DNA from: Nitrosospira multiformis ATCC 25196
GTDB taxonomy: Bacteria > Pseudomonadota > Gammaproteobacteria > Burkholderiales > Nitrosomonadaceae
Length of the DNA stretch: 32,000 bases
Direction of reading: 5' to 3'
NCBI RefSeq assembly: GCF_000196355.1
Contig: NC_007614.1
Coordinates: forward strand, 330,001 to 362,000
Both the position numbers and the translations under genes were made by a program. Below are positions 21,769-29,759 of the stretch, in pieces. A model generated the notes under the pieces. That model saw only the letters and a program-made list of their open reading frames with translations, was not told the DNA's origin and ran no database searches. The stretch's first letter is position 1. Each line of letters starts with the position of its first letter.

Positions 21769-22024
21769 TTTCAATCCGGCGGCCCAACGGGATCTGGACA
21801 AGATGGATCCCCAAGCGCGCCAGCGCCTTCTGAAATACCTGAACGGACGCATCGTACTCCTGGAAGATGCGCGCTGCCTCGGCGAACCCTTGCTTGCTTC
21901 TCAATTTTTCGGCTACTGGCGCTACCGTGCCGGAGATTACCGAATCACCTGCGACATCCAGGACGAGGAGTTGCATGTTCTCATCGTGAAAGGGGGCAAT
22001 CGGCGGGTGTGTGGGGTTGGTTAA
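21752..22024 (+). CDS. RelE/ParE-superfamily type II toxin
   Basis: 90-aa ORF with the family hallmark ..LGEPLLASQFFGYWRYRAGDYRITCDIQDEELHVLIVKGGNRR... Size and the overlap with the upstream RHH gene are typical of a type II TA pair. Confidence 0.85.
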   Translation: MTYRISFNPAAQRDLDKMDPQARQRLLKYLNGRIVLLEDARCLGEPLLASQFFGYWRYRAGDYRITCDIQDEELHVLIVKGGNRRVCGVG

Positions 22025-22038
22025 GTTCCCGGTCGGAT

Positions 22039-23379
22039 TCATCGGTCCGCGACGAATTTGAGGACGTTTCCATTGATGCAATAGCGCTTGTGGCTCGGAG
22101 GCGGTCCGTCATGAAATAGATGGCCGAGATGAATGCCGGAGCTTGCGCTCCGTACTTCAATCCGTTTCATGCCGTGAGAGTTGTCTTCGTGCAGGGTAAC
22201 GGCGCCTTCCACGGGTTCAAAGAAACTGGGCCACCCCGTTCCGCTTTCAAATTTGCTATTGCTGTAAAAGAGGGTGGCACCGGTGACAGGGTCGACAAAT
22301 CTTCCGGGACGCTTTTCATCCAGATTGGATGCGGTAAAAGGAGGTTCGGTACCTCGCTTGAAGGCGATTTTCTGCTGCTCGGGCGACAGCAGTTGAAAGC
22401 CGAGCCATTTCCAGAAATTGGATTTCTCGCCGTTGTATCCCGTATAGCGCGCAACTTCCCGGCCGTTCTTGAACAGCACGATGGTGGGTGCCGCGAACAA
22501 GGGTTTTTCCAGAGCCCAACCGCTGGGCGGATTCGAGTTCAACGTCCTGGCAATCGGCACTTCCGCTTGCCAGTGGCTCATTATGTCTTTTTCGAAGCGC
22601 TCGCAAAATTCGCAATGCTCGGCCTCGAACGCCACCAGCTGCCGGACAGGATTCAGATCGTCGCTCTTCAGGGGCTCGATGCCCATTTTGGGCGATGTCG
22701 AAGCCGAAGAAGTCCCGGAAGAGATGGGGGGTACCTGCATCGGTGCAACTTTCCCGACTGCCCGGGGGTATTTCACTCCGGTACCACCCAAACCGCAATA
22801 CCCATCGGGATTCTTTTTCAGATAGTTCTGGTGATATTCCTCAGCGGTGATGTAATTCTTGAGCGGCAGGATCTCGGTGGTGATTCTGTCATAGCCCGCG
22901 GCATCGAGTGCTTTCTGATAAGCAGTCCGGGTTGCCAGTCCCATAGCCTTCTGGTTCGCGTCATGGTAATAGATGGCACTGCGATAATTACTGCCGATAT
23001 CGTTCCCCTGGCGATTGCCCTGAGTGGGATCATGGCTCTCCCAGAATTTGGCCAGCACTGTTTCCAGCGTTACCTTGTTCGGATCGAAAACCACCTTGAC
23101 CACTTCCGCATGATTGCGTCCTGTGGTTTTGCCGGTGCGAAGCGCTCTTTCATGATTCAAAATGTCCTGGTAACCAGCGCCGGGAAGGTCACCGCCTGCA
23201 TAACCGCTTTCCACATCGACGACCCCGGGAATTTCTCCCATGCGCTTCTCCGCACCCCAGAAGCACCCCATCCCTAGAACAACGTAATCCGTTGCCTGCG
23301 CAGGTATCGTGATTTTCTCCACTGCATATGCACCCATAATAATGCCCAAGGCCGCTGCCATCGCTACAACCCTTTTCAT
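22039..23379 (-). CDS. msrAB: Secreted tri-domain methionine sulfoxide reductase: MsrA / thioredoxin-fold (CxxC) / MsrB
   Basis: Signal peptide MKRVVAMAAALGIIMGAYA. MsrA domain with GMGCFWGAE (Cys39) and ..DGYCGLGG. A middle domain with HCEFCERF (Cys256/Cys259) and ..GYNGEKSNFWKWL. MsrB domain ending ..GWPSFFEP..HLGHLFHDGP..KRYCINGNVLKFV (Cys434). Confidence 0.9.
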   Translation of the reverse strand: MKRVVAMAAALGIIMGAYAVEKITIPAQATDYVVLGMGCFWGAEKRMGEIPGVVDVESGYAGGDLPGAGYQDILNHERALRTGKTTGRNHAEVVKVVFDPNKVTLETVLAKFWESHDPTQGNRQGNDIGSNYRSAIYYHDANQKAMGLATRTAYQKALDAAGYDRITTEILPLKNYITAEEYHQNYLKKNPDGYCGLGGTGVKYPRAVGKVAPMQVPPISSGTSSASTSPKMGIEPLKSDDLNPVRQLVAFEAEHCEFCERFEKDIMSHWQAEVPIARTLNSNPPSGWALEKPLFAAPTIVLFKNGREVARYTGYNGEKSNFWKWLGFQLLSPEQQKIAFKRGTEPPFTASNLDEKRPGRFVDPVTGATLFYSNSKFESGTGWPSFFEPVEGAVTLHEDNSHGMKRIEVRSASSGIHLGHLFHDGPPPSHKRYCINGNVLKFVADR

Positions 23380-23680
23380 TTCAAGATGCCCCTATATAAA
23401 TCCCTAAATCCCGGTCGTGAGATCTCGATCTCGTTTTTCAATACTCCAGTGCAATTTGAAATCTGAAATGAAAATAAATTCCCTGAGTACAACCATCGGG
23501 GGAGAGGATGGGAACGCCGCATGCATTCTTTTCCTTTCCGAGCCTGGGTTAGCTGCCAGAGTGTCTCAAGGCGGCAGAAGCTCGGGAGCAATAACAGAGA
23601 GTTTAAGAAGGGGGCCGTTCAGGACCCGTAGCGATGGAGCTCTACCCGACTGGGGCTGGGCGCAGGGTTGAAGGGAAGGG

Positions 23681-26536
23681 TCAATGGCAAAGCGTTATGG
23701 CTGGGCGCGGCTCTTCAATCGCATACCCTTGGGCATAGTCAACACCTATCTTTCGCAGCGCCTCAAGAAAAGACTCTTCCTCTACCCATTCCGCTATCGT
23801 TTGGATTTTCATTACATGGCCTATATGATTAATCGCCTCAACCATAGCATGGTCAATAGGATCACTGAGCATGCCCTTGATGAATGCTCCATCGATTTTT
23901 AAATAGTCTACAAGCAAGTGCTTGAGGTAAGTAAAGGAGGACATTCCGCTGCCGAAGTCGTCGAGGGAGAAGCGGCAGCCGAGCTCCTTTAGCTTGCGAA
24001 TCAATGTGGCAGCCTGAGTAAGGTTTGCGATTGCCACAGTTTCCGTGATCTCGAAACAGATCCCGGCAGGATCGATCTGAGATTGCTTGAATTGATCCAC
24101 CACGAAATCGTATAAATGCTCATCGCAAATAGATGCGCCTGAGAGATTGATAGTGCAGGTGTCTTTTATGCCCCGTGAGGGATGTGAAGCGTATTGGGCA
24201 AAGGCATTGGTGATTACCCATCTGTCGAGTTGAGGCATGAGGCCGTAGCGCTCCGCCGCCGGGATGAAGGCCATGGGAGGCACCAGCTCGCCATTTTCTC
24301 CTTTCATTCGCAGCAGTATCTCGTAGTGGCTAGTGCTTGAAGGGGCGGAAAGGGGCAATATTTTCTGTGAATACAGTACGAACCGCTGCTTGTCGAGAGC
24401 TTTGTGCAGGCGCTCCACCCATCCCATCTCGCCACGGCGTTTCTCGAGGTTCTTGTCATCGGAAGCATAGAGTTGAACACGGTTACGCCCCTTATCCTTG
24501 GCAAGAAAGCAAGCCGTGTCCGCCATGCGTAAAACGTCCGAGAAAGTTTGCTCGCCACCGGAGAAAGTAGCCAGCCCGATGCTTATTCCGAGCGAGAATA
24601 TCCGCTCTTCCCAGACGAAACGGAACTCCTGCACGGTTTGCCGCAGCACTTCAGCCACGCGAAATGCCGATCCCCTTGGACATCTTTCAAGCAATAAGCC
24701 GAATTCATCTCCTCCCAGGCGCGCCAAAGTATCATCCTTCCGCAACTTTGCTTGCAGGAGGCTGGTGAGTTGTTTCAGCAACTCGTCTCCTGCAAGGTGA
24801 CCGCAAGTGTCGTTTACGATCTTGAATTGATCGAGATCAAGATAAAGCAGAGTATGCTCGTCCGCTCCTTTATCGCGCTCCAGGACCTGTTTCAGGCGCC
24901 GCTCGAATTCATGCCTGTTGATCAGGCCTGTCAAGGCGTCGTGCGTCGCCTGATAGCGCATTTCCATTGCCATCTTCTGTGCATGACTGACATCGCGGAA
25001 TACCAGCACGACGCCGATGATTGAACCATTTTGGTCCCGAATGGGCGCGGCCGAGTCTTCGATCGGAAAGGTTTGGCCGTCTCGCCGTATGAGCAGCGCA
25101 TGCGAATTAAGGCTTACGGTCTCTTTGTTCCTTAAAACCCTTTCGGCCGGACTGGATGCCAGCTCGTTGGTTTCTGCATGGATGATTTGAAATACGTCTT
25201 GAAGAGGCAAACCCTTTGCGTCATCGGAACTACACCCGGCCATGGCTTCCGCAACGGGATTCAGATAGGTGACGCTTCCTTCGGTATCCGTTGTGATAAC
25301 GGCGTCACCAATACAGCTCAATGTAACGCGCAGGAGTTCCTTTTCTTCAAAAAGCGCCTTTTCCGCTATTTCACGCTCAGTGAGATCCCGTCTGAGTTGG
25401 GTTTGGATTTCCTTGGTACGCTTGCGCTCGGTGATATCGCGGATGGCGCTGGAGACCAGGATTCCTTCTTCGGTTTCAAGGGGACTAAGACTGATTTCAA
25501 CAGGAAATTCAGTGCCATCGCGGCGCAGACCATAGAGCTCGAGTCCGATGCCCATGGGACGCGTGCGGGGTGCACGGAAAAAATCTTCCCGAAACCCGGG
25601 ATGTTTTGAGCGGTAACGGGGTGGAATAAGCATCTCCATCTTTTTACCGAGCAACTGTTCTCGCTGGTAGTCAAACAATTTTTCGGTTTGAGAATTCACC
25701 AGCACGATTTCGCCATTCCGATTCACAATAACGATCGCATCGGGTGCCGCTTCCAGCAGTCCGCGAAATTTCTGCTCCGCTTTTTTTCGATCGCTGATAT
25801 CGCGGATTGCACTTATGCTAAACCTGCCTTCATCCGTTTCAATGGGACTCAAGCTGATTTCCACTGGAAATTCGGTGCCGTCCTTGCGAAACCCGTATAG
25901 CTCCCAATCAGCGACGAGCGTTCGGCTATGCGGGTGGGTAAAGTAAGCTGCGCGTTCTCCCGAATGGAGGCCGCGCTTGCGAGGGGGCAGCAGCATTTCC
26001 ACGGGCTGGCCGCAAAGTTCGTGCGCGCTATATCCGAACAGTTTCTCCGTTTGCGTGTTGACCAGGACTATCCGTCCTGTCGAGTTCACTATGACTATTC
26101 CATCTGGTATTGAATCGAGCAAATTGCCGAATTTGGTATTGATCAGCTTGGCATCGCGCAATGCTTTGATATGCGTGATATTTGTACTTGTGATCAGGAC
26201 GTAGCCGTCCTGGCGCTGATCCTGCGACAGGACTTTGCATGACATGCTTACATAGAGCAGCGAGCCGTCTTTTTTACGACACAAGATCTCGTCCACTGAA
26301 GCCCTTGTCTCGTGCGTATTTCTCAGGCTCTGGTTGATCTTGGGCCGATGATCAGGGGCGCCGACGAGTTCAGTAAGCCTCCTCTGCAAGGCTTCCGCCA
26401 CCGTATAGCCAAATATCGATTGCGCGCCCTTGTTCCAATAAACGACAACGCCGTCGCCAGTGGTAACAATTGCGCCGCCGGGCATTTCGTCAAGAACCAG
26501 CTTGCCAAAATCTGTTGGTATTACCGTTGATTCCAT
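23681..26536 (-). CDS. Multi-PAS diguanylate cyclase/phosphodiesterase (4x PAS - GGDEF - EAL)
   Basis: 951 aa with four PAS-like modules (about aa 10-125, 137-252, 259-373 and 400-520). GGDEF is intact ([11 protein letters not shown], aa 607-611) with an RxxD I-site (RKDD, aa 599-602) five residues upstream. The EAL domain has EIL in place of EAL (aa 739-741) plus [18 protein letters not shown] and QGYAI. Confidence 0.93.
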   Translation of the reverse strand: MESTVIPTDFGKLVLDEMPGGAIVTTGDGVVVYWNKGAQSIFGYTVAEALQRRLTELVGAPDHRPKINQSLRNTHETRASVDEILCRKKDGSLLYVSMSCKVLSQDQRQDGYVLITSTNITHIKALRDAKLINTKFGNLLDSIPDGIVIVNSTGRIVLVNTQTEKLFGYSAHELCGQPVEMLLPPRKRGLHSGERAAYFTHPHSRTLVADWELYGFRKDGTEFPVEISLSPIETDEGRFSISAIRDISDRKKAEQKFRGLLEAAPDAIVIVNRNGEIVLVNSQTEKLFDYQREQLLGKKMEMLIPPRYRSKHPGFREDFFRAPRTRPMGIGLELYGLRRDGTEFPVEISLSPLETEEGILVSSAIRDITERKRTKEIQTQLRRDLTEREIAEKALFEEKELLRVTLSCIGDAVITTDTEGSVTYLNPVAEAMAGCSSDDAKGLPLQDVFQIIHAETNELASSPAERVLRNKETVSLNSHALLIRRDGQTFPIEDSAAPIRDQNGSIIGVVLVFRDVSHAQKMAMEMRYQATHDALTGLINRHEFERRLKQVLERDKGADEHTLLYLDLDQFKIVNDTCGHLAGDELLKQLTSLLQAKLRKDDTLARLGGDEFGLLLERCPRGSAFRVAEVLRQTVQEFRFVWEERIFSLGISIGLATFSGGEQTFSDVLRMADTACFLAKDKGRNRVQLYASDDKNLEKRRGEMGWVERLHKALDKQRFVLYSQKILPLSAPSSTSHYEILLRMKGENGELVPPMAFIPAAERYGLMPQLDRWVITNAFAQYASHPSRGIKDTCTINLSGASICDEHLYDFVVDQFKQSQIDPAGICFEITETVAIANLTQAATLIRKLKELGCRFSLDDFGSGMSSFTYLKHLLVDYLKIDGAFIKGMLSDPIDHAMVEAINHIGHVMKIQTIAEWVEEESFLEALRKIGVDYAQGYAIEEPRPAITLCH
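25418..26128 (-). repeat. Internal tandem duplication encoding PAS modules 2 and 3
   Basis: The two adjacent modules share long identical stretches ([47 protein letters not shown]). The similarity is also visible at nucleotide level, e.g. 25461-25545 versus 25824-25905. Confidence 0.7.
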
Positions 26537-26599
26537 TCAAATTTACGAAAAATAGGAAAGACTTTAAAAGAGAGAAGTCAATAGCTGCAAAAGATTAGG

Positions 26600-26615
26600 T
26601 GGCACAAAAATAGCT
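26600..26615 (+). promoter_or_regulatory. Sigma-54-like -24/-12 element (candidate only)
   Basis: TGGCAC-aaaaa-TAGCT has the GG and GC dinucleotides at the consensus spacing (TGGCAC-N5-TTGCW). It lies in the divergent spacer, 474 nt upstream of cheW. It also sits inside an imperfect palindrome (ggcacaaaaatagctatttgtgc), so it could instead be an operator or a coincidence. Confidence 0.3.
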
Positions 26616-26710
26616 ATTTGTGCTGTCAATCGTTGTTCGCTGGCTTTCGATGCCAGCAGATTGGCTGACATTTACATCATGGCTTTGGCGTTAAAAGAGG
26701 TAAAGCTATT

Positions 26711-26736
26711 TGTACCTGTAAGATTTTACAGGTGCA
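26711..26736. other. 11-bp stem / 4-nt loop inverted repeat in the non-coding spacer
   Basis: tgtacctgtaa-gatt-ttacaggtgca, with one G.U-type mismatch and no flanking T-tract on either strand. The 10-mer agctatttgt occurs just before it (26704-26713) and again at 26612-26621 next to the sigma-54-like element. Confidence 0.5.
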
Positions 26737-27088
26737 AAAGTACGCGTTCTGTAGTCTCATATGTCTATTAACCCACATAAATACAGCAAGTATCTCGTCA
26801 AAAAGGCTGGCAGTAATAACCGGACATGCTGTTTCCAGCAATGCAGAGCCGGGAGTGAAAGCGGAATAATTCAATGTAATCTGGTTTTCGGGTTTTCTCG
26901 GCTTGTCACCCGGGTACCCCCGACAGAAGGGCGGACAATACCGAAAATTCAACTTTCAGGCGCGGATTATGGCTGTCCTGAAGAGCTACCTGGTTTTGTC
27001 TGTCCTGACATCTTATTCCCTTACTCCCACTCGGTGGGAAGATGGTGCTCGCTGAGGCGCTCCATCACTATAACAATTTATATCAATC

Positions 27089-27565
27089 ATGAAGTTTGAT
27101 ACCCCAGTAAGGGCCGGAAATCATTATTTGATTTTTCTCCTGGATGAACAGCGGTACTCCTTGCATTTGCATGTGGTGGAAAGCGTCGCACGCATGGTTT
27201 ATATAACGCCACTACCGGGAGCGCCGGAAATTGTACTCGGTATAGTTAATCTTCGCGGCAAAGTTGTCCCTATCGTCGACATCCGGCAACGGTTCGAGCT
27301 TCCAAAGCGCGAAATTTTGCTGACTGACTGGCTGATTTTCGCCCACACGACGACCCGTCTTGTGGGGCTGGCGGTAAATTCAGTGATGGGAGTTGCGGAA
27401 TGTCTGGAACAATGTGTGGTTCCAACAGATGAATTCTTCCCTCCCCTGAAGTACTTAAAGGGAGTCATCAAATTTCAGGATGGATTGGTCCTTATCCAGA
27501 ATCTGGGCGACCTCCTTTCATTAGAAGAAGAAAAGTCCTTGGATTTGGCACTTAGTACCTCATAG
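27089..27565 (+). CDS. cheW: Chemotaxis coupling protein CheW (paralog 1)
   Basis: 158 aa forming a single CheW domain (..YLIFLLDEQRYSLHLHVVESV..ITPLPGAPEIVLGIVNLRGKVVPIVDIRQRF..). Confidence 0.88.
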   Translation: MKFDTPVRAGNHYLIFLLDEQRYSLHLHVVESVARMVYITPLPGAPEIVLGIVNLRGKVVPIVDIRQRFELPKREILLTDWLIFAHTTTRLVGLAVNSVMGVAECLEQCVVPTDEFFPPLKYLKGVIKFQDGLVLIQNLGDLLSLEEEKSLDLALSTS

Positions 27566-27568
27566 GGC

Positions 27569-29053
27569 ATGCAAATCACCCTTCCTCATGTGCTGGTCTC
27601 GCAGCTAAGTGATTTAATAGCGATGAAGATGGGCTTGTATTATCCGCAAAAGCGCTGGGGTGACCTTGAGCGCGCAATCGCGGCTGCCGCACCCGAGCTT
27701 GACATGCCGGATACCGAAACAGCTGCCCGTCATCTCCTTTCCACTTCCCTGACCCGCAGACAGATCGAAATACTTGCTTGCCGCCTTACTGTCGGAGAGA
27801 CCTACTTCTTCCGGGAGCAGAAATGCTTGAACGTACTTGAACAAAGTATTCTTCCGGAACTGATACGAAAATGCAAAGAAAGCAATCGCCAACTGCGGAT
27901 TTGGAGTGCGGGCTGTTGCACGGGCGAAGAGCCCTATTCGATTGCCATACTCCTTGATCGATTGTTTGAGAAGCACGGGGAGGAATGGAATGCGGCAATC
28001 CTTGCGACAGACATCAACCCGGTATTCCTGGATCGAGCAGCCGAGGGCCTATATAGAGAGTGGGCTTTTCGGGGAACCCCGGGTTGGATTAAAGAGCGTT
28101 ACTTTAAACGGAAAAAAAACGGCCTGTTCGAGATAGTGCCGCATATCCGTAAAAGAGTAACGTTCTCCCGTCTGAATCTGGTCGAGGATGTGTACGCATC
28201 GCAGACCAATGGCACCCGCGCCGTGGACGTCATCTTCTGCCGAAATGTCCTGATGTATTTCAGTTCCCCGGCAGTTAAAAGGATTGGACAGGGCTTTTAT
28301 CGATCTCTAGTCGACTACGGATGGCTCATCGTGAGCCCAGTGGAAATGTCTAGGGCTTCGTTTCCGCAGTTCCGGCTTCATACCGTTTCAGGAACGGGCC
28401 TCTATCAGAAGATTGATAGTCATGATGTGCATGGAAATGGCGATTATTTCTCCGTTGGTCCGCCATCGGATGCCTCATACAAGATAACTTCAGCTTCAGC
28501 GCCGTCCCCTCGCTTGCAGGGCTGGGAAACACCCCTTTCGCTCGAAAGCATGGAACCGCAAATATTGCCGGTTGCATCAAGCTCCTTCACTCAATTAACA
28601 AGCGTGCAAGAGGTTGCAGGCCAATCAGCGAATCAAGAGCGGTCCAATACGCTTTATCGCGAAGCCCGTCGCCATGCCGATGGGGGCGACCTCCCCAGGG
28701 CTGTAAAGCAGTGCGAGGAAGCAATTGCCGCCAACAAACTGAATCCTGCGGCTTACTATCTCCTGGCAACGATTCATCAGGAGCTGGGGCAGGCCAAGGA
28801 AGCAATGCGGTGCTTGATGAATACGCTATACCTTGATCCTGATCTTGTGCTTGCCCATTTTGCTTTGGGTAGCCTCTGTCTGACGCAGGGCAAAAGCCGG
28901 GAAGCAAAACGTCATTTTGACAATGCACTCTCGCTGTTGAATGGATATTCGTCCAACGACATTCTCCCGGACTCGGGCGGCCTGACCGCCGGAGATCTCG
29001 CTCATTTCATTACCTCTATAAGAATATGCGATTCCATCGGAAATAAAGAGTAG
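27569..29053 (+). CDS. cheR: Chemoreceptor glutamate methyltransferase CheR with C-terminal TPR region
   Basis: CheR N-terminal and SAM-binding domains (..TYFFRE.., ..LRIWSAGCCTGEEPYSIAILL.., ..DVIFCRNVLMYF..) followed by TPR-like helices at about aa 365-475 (..NPAAYYLLATIHQELGQAKEAMRCLMNTLYLDPDLVLAHFALGSL..). It starts 3 nt after the cheW stop. Confidence 0.9.
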   Translation: MQITLPHVLVSQLSDLIAMKMGLYYPQKRWGDLERAIAAAAPELDMPDTETAARHLLSTSLTRRQIEILACRLTVGETYFFREQKCLNVLEQSILPELIRKCKESNRQLRIWSAGCCTGEEPYSIAILLDRLFEKHGEEWNAAILATDINPVFLDRAAEGLYREWAFRGTPGWIKERYFKRKKNGLFEIVPHIRKRVTFSRLNLVEDVYASQTNGTRAVDVIFCRNVLMYFSSPAVKRIGQGFYRSLVDYGWLIVSPVEMSRASFPQFRLHTVSGTGLYQKIDSHDVHGNGDYFSVGPPSDASYKITSASAPSPRLQGWETPLSLESMEPQILPVASSSFTQLTSVQEVAGQSANQERSNTLYREARRHADGGDLPRAVKQCEEAIAANKLNPAAYYLLATIHQELGQAKEAMRCLMNTLYLDPDLVLAHFALGSLCLTQGKSREAKRHFDNALSLLNGYSSNDILPDSGGLTAGDLAHFITSIRICDSIGNKE

Positions 29054-29097
29054 AGCATCACATGACAACTAGCACCTTAGGGTCTTAAAAAAGGAAA

Positions 29098-29700
29098 ATG
29101 GCTTCCGGAAATTCTCCCCAGCTCGAGCAGAACCCGCATTCTCCTCGTGCAACAGTGGACAGCCTTGAGGTGTCTTCCAAGGAAAAAATTCAGCAGATCT
29201 TGCAAGCGAGGGCACTGGCCCTGGCTCAGGAGTTATCGGCTCAAGAGGTACGGAATGAAGACGTTGAAATCGTGGAATTTATTCTCGGTTGTGAACGCTA
29301 CGCCCTCGAATCGTGCTATGTCATTCAGGTTGCCGAGGTTGAGGATATTACACCGCTGCCCTGCACCCCTGGCTTTATTCGCGGCATTGTTACCCTGCGC
29401 GGGGAGATCCTGCCGGTCATTGACCTGAAGAAGTTTTTCGAGGTGCCGGAGAAGGAGTTGGGTGGACGTAACAAAGTTATCGTACTGCAGTCGGGGAAAA
29501 TGACGTTCAGCATTCTGGTGGACGAAGTCCTTGGCGCCCGGTTTATCTTGGCAACCGACATTCAGTCATCTTTACCCACTCTTATGGACATTCGTAAGAA
29601 ATACCTCAAGGGAATCACCTCGGAGCGACTAGTGGTTCTTGATGCGGAAAATCTTCTCATGGATGAAAGCATCGTTGTAGATGAGCAAGTAGTCGAGTAG
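29098..29700 (+). CDS. cheW: CheW-like coupling protein (paralog 2) with a 55-aa N-terminal extension
   Basis: 200 aa with a CheW domain (..IVEFILGCERYALESCYVIQVAEVEDITPLPCTPGFIRGIVTLRGEILPVIDLKKFF..). AAGGAAA lies directly upstream of the ATG. Confidence 0.85.
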   Translation: MASGNSPQLEQNPHSPRATVDSLEVSSKEKIQQILQARALALAQELSAQEVRNEDVEIVEFILGCERYALESCYVIQVAEVEDITPLPCTPGFIRGIVTLRGEILPVIDLKKFFEVPEKELGGRNKVIVLQSGKMTFSILVDEVLGARFILATDIQSSLPTLMDIRKKYLKGITSERLVVLDAENLLMDESIVVDEQVVE

Positions 29701-29759
29701 AGAAGTATCGAAATGGGTGAAGACACTGAAATGACGAAACGAAGTTTTGAAAGGACAGC

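Noticed and set aside
26537-27088. c-di-GMP riboswitch (GEMM) or another known leader between the GGDEF-EAL gene and the che operon
   Set aside because: I could not find the conserved GEMM-I/II sequence blocks by eye. This is only a visual check. A covariance-model scan (Rfam/Infernal) would be decisive.
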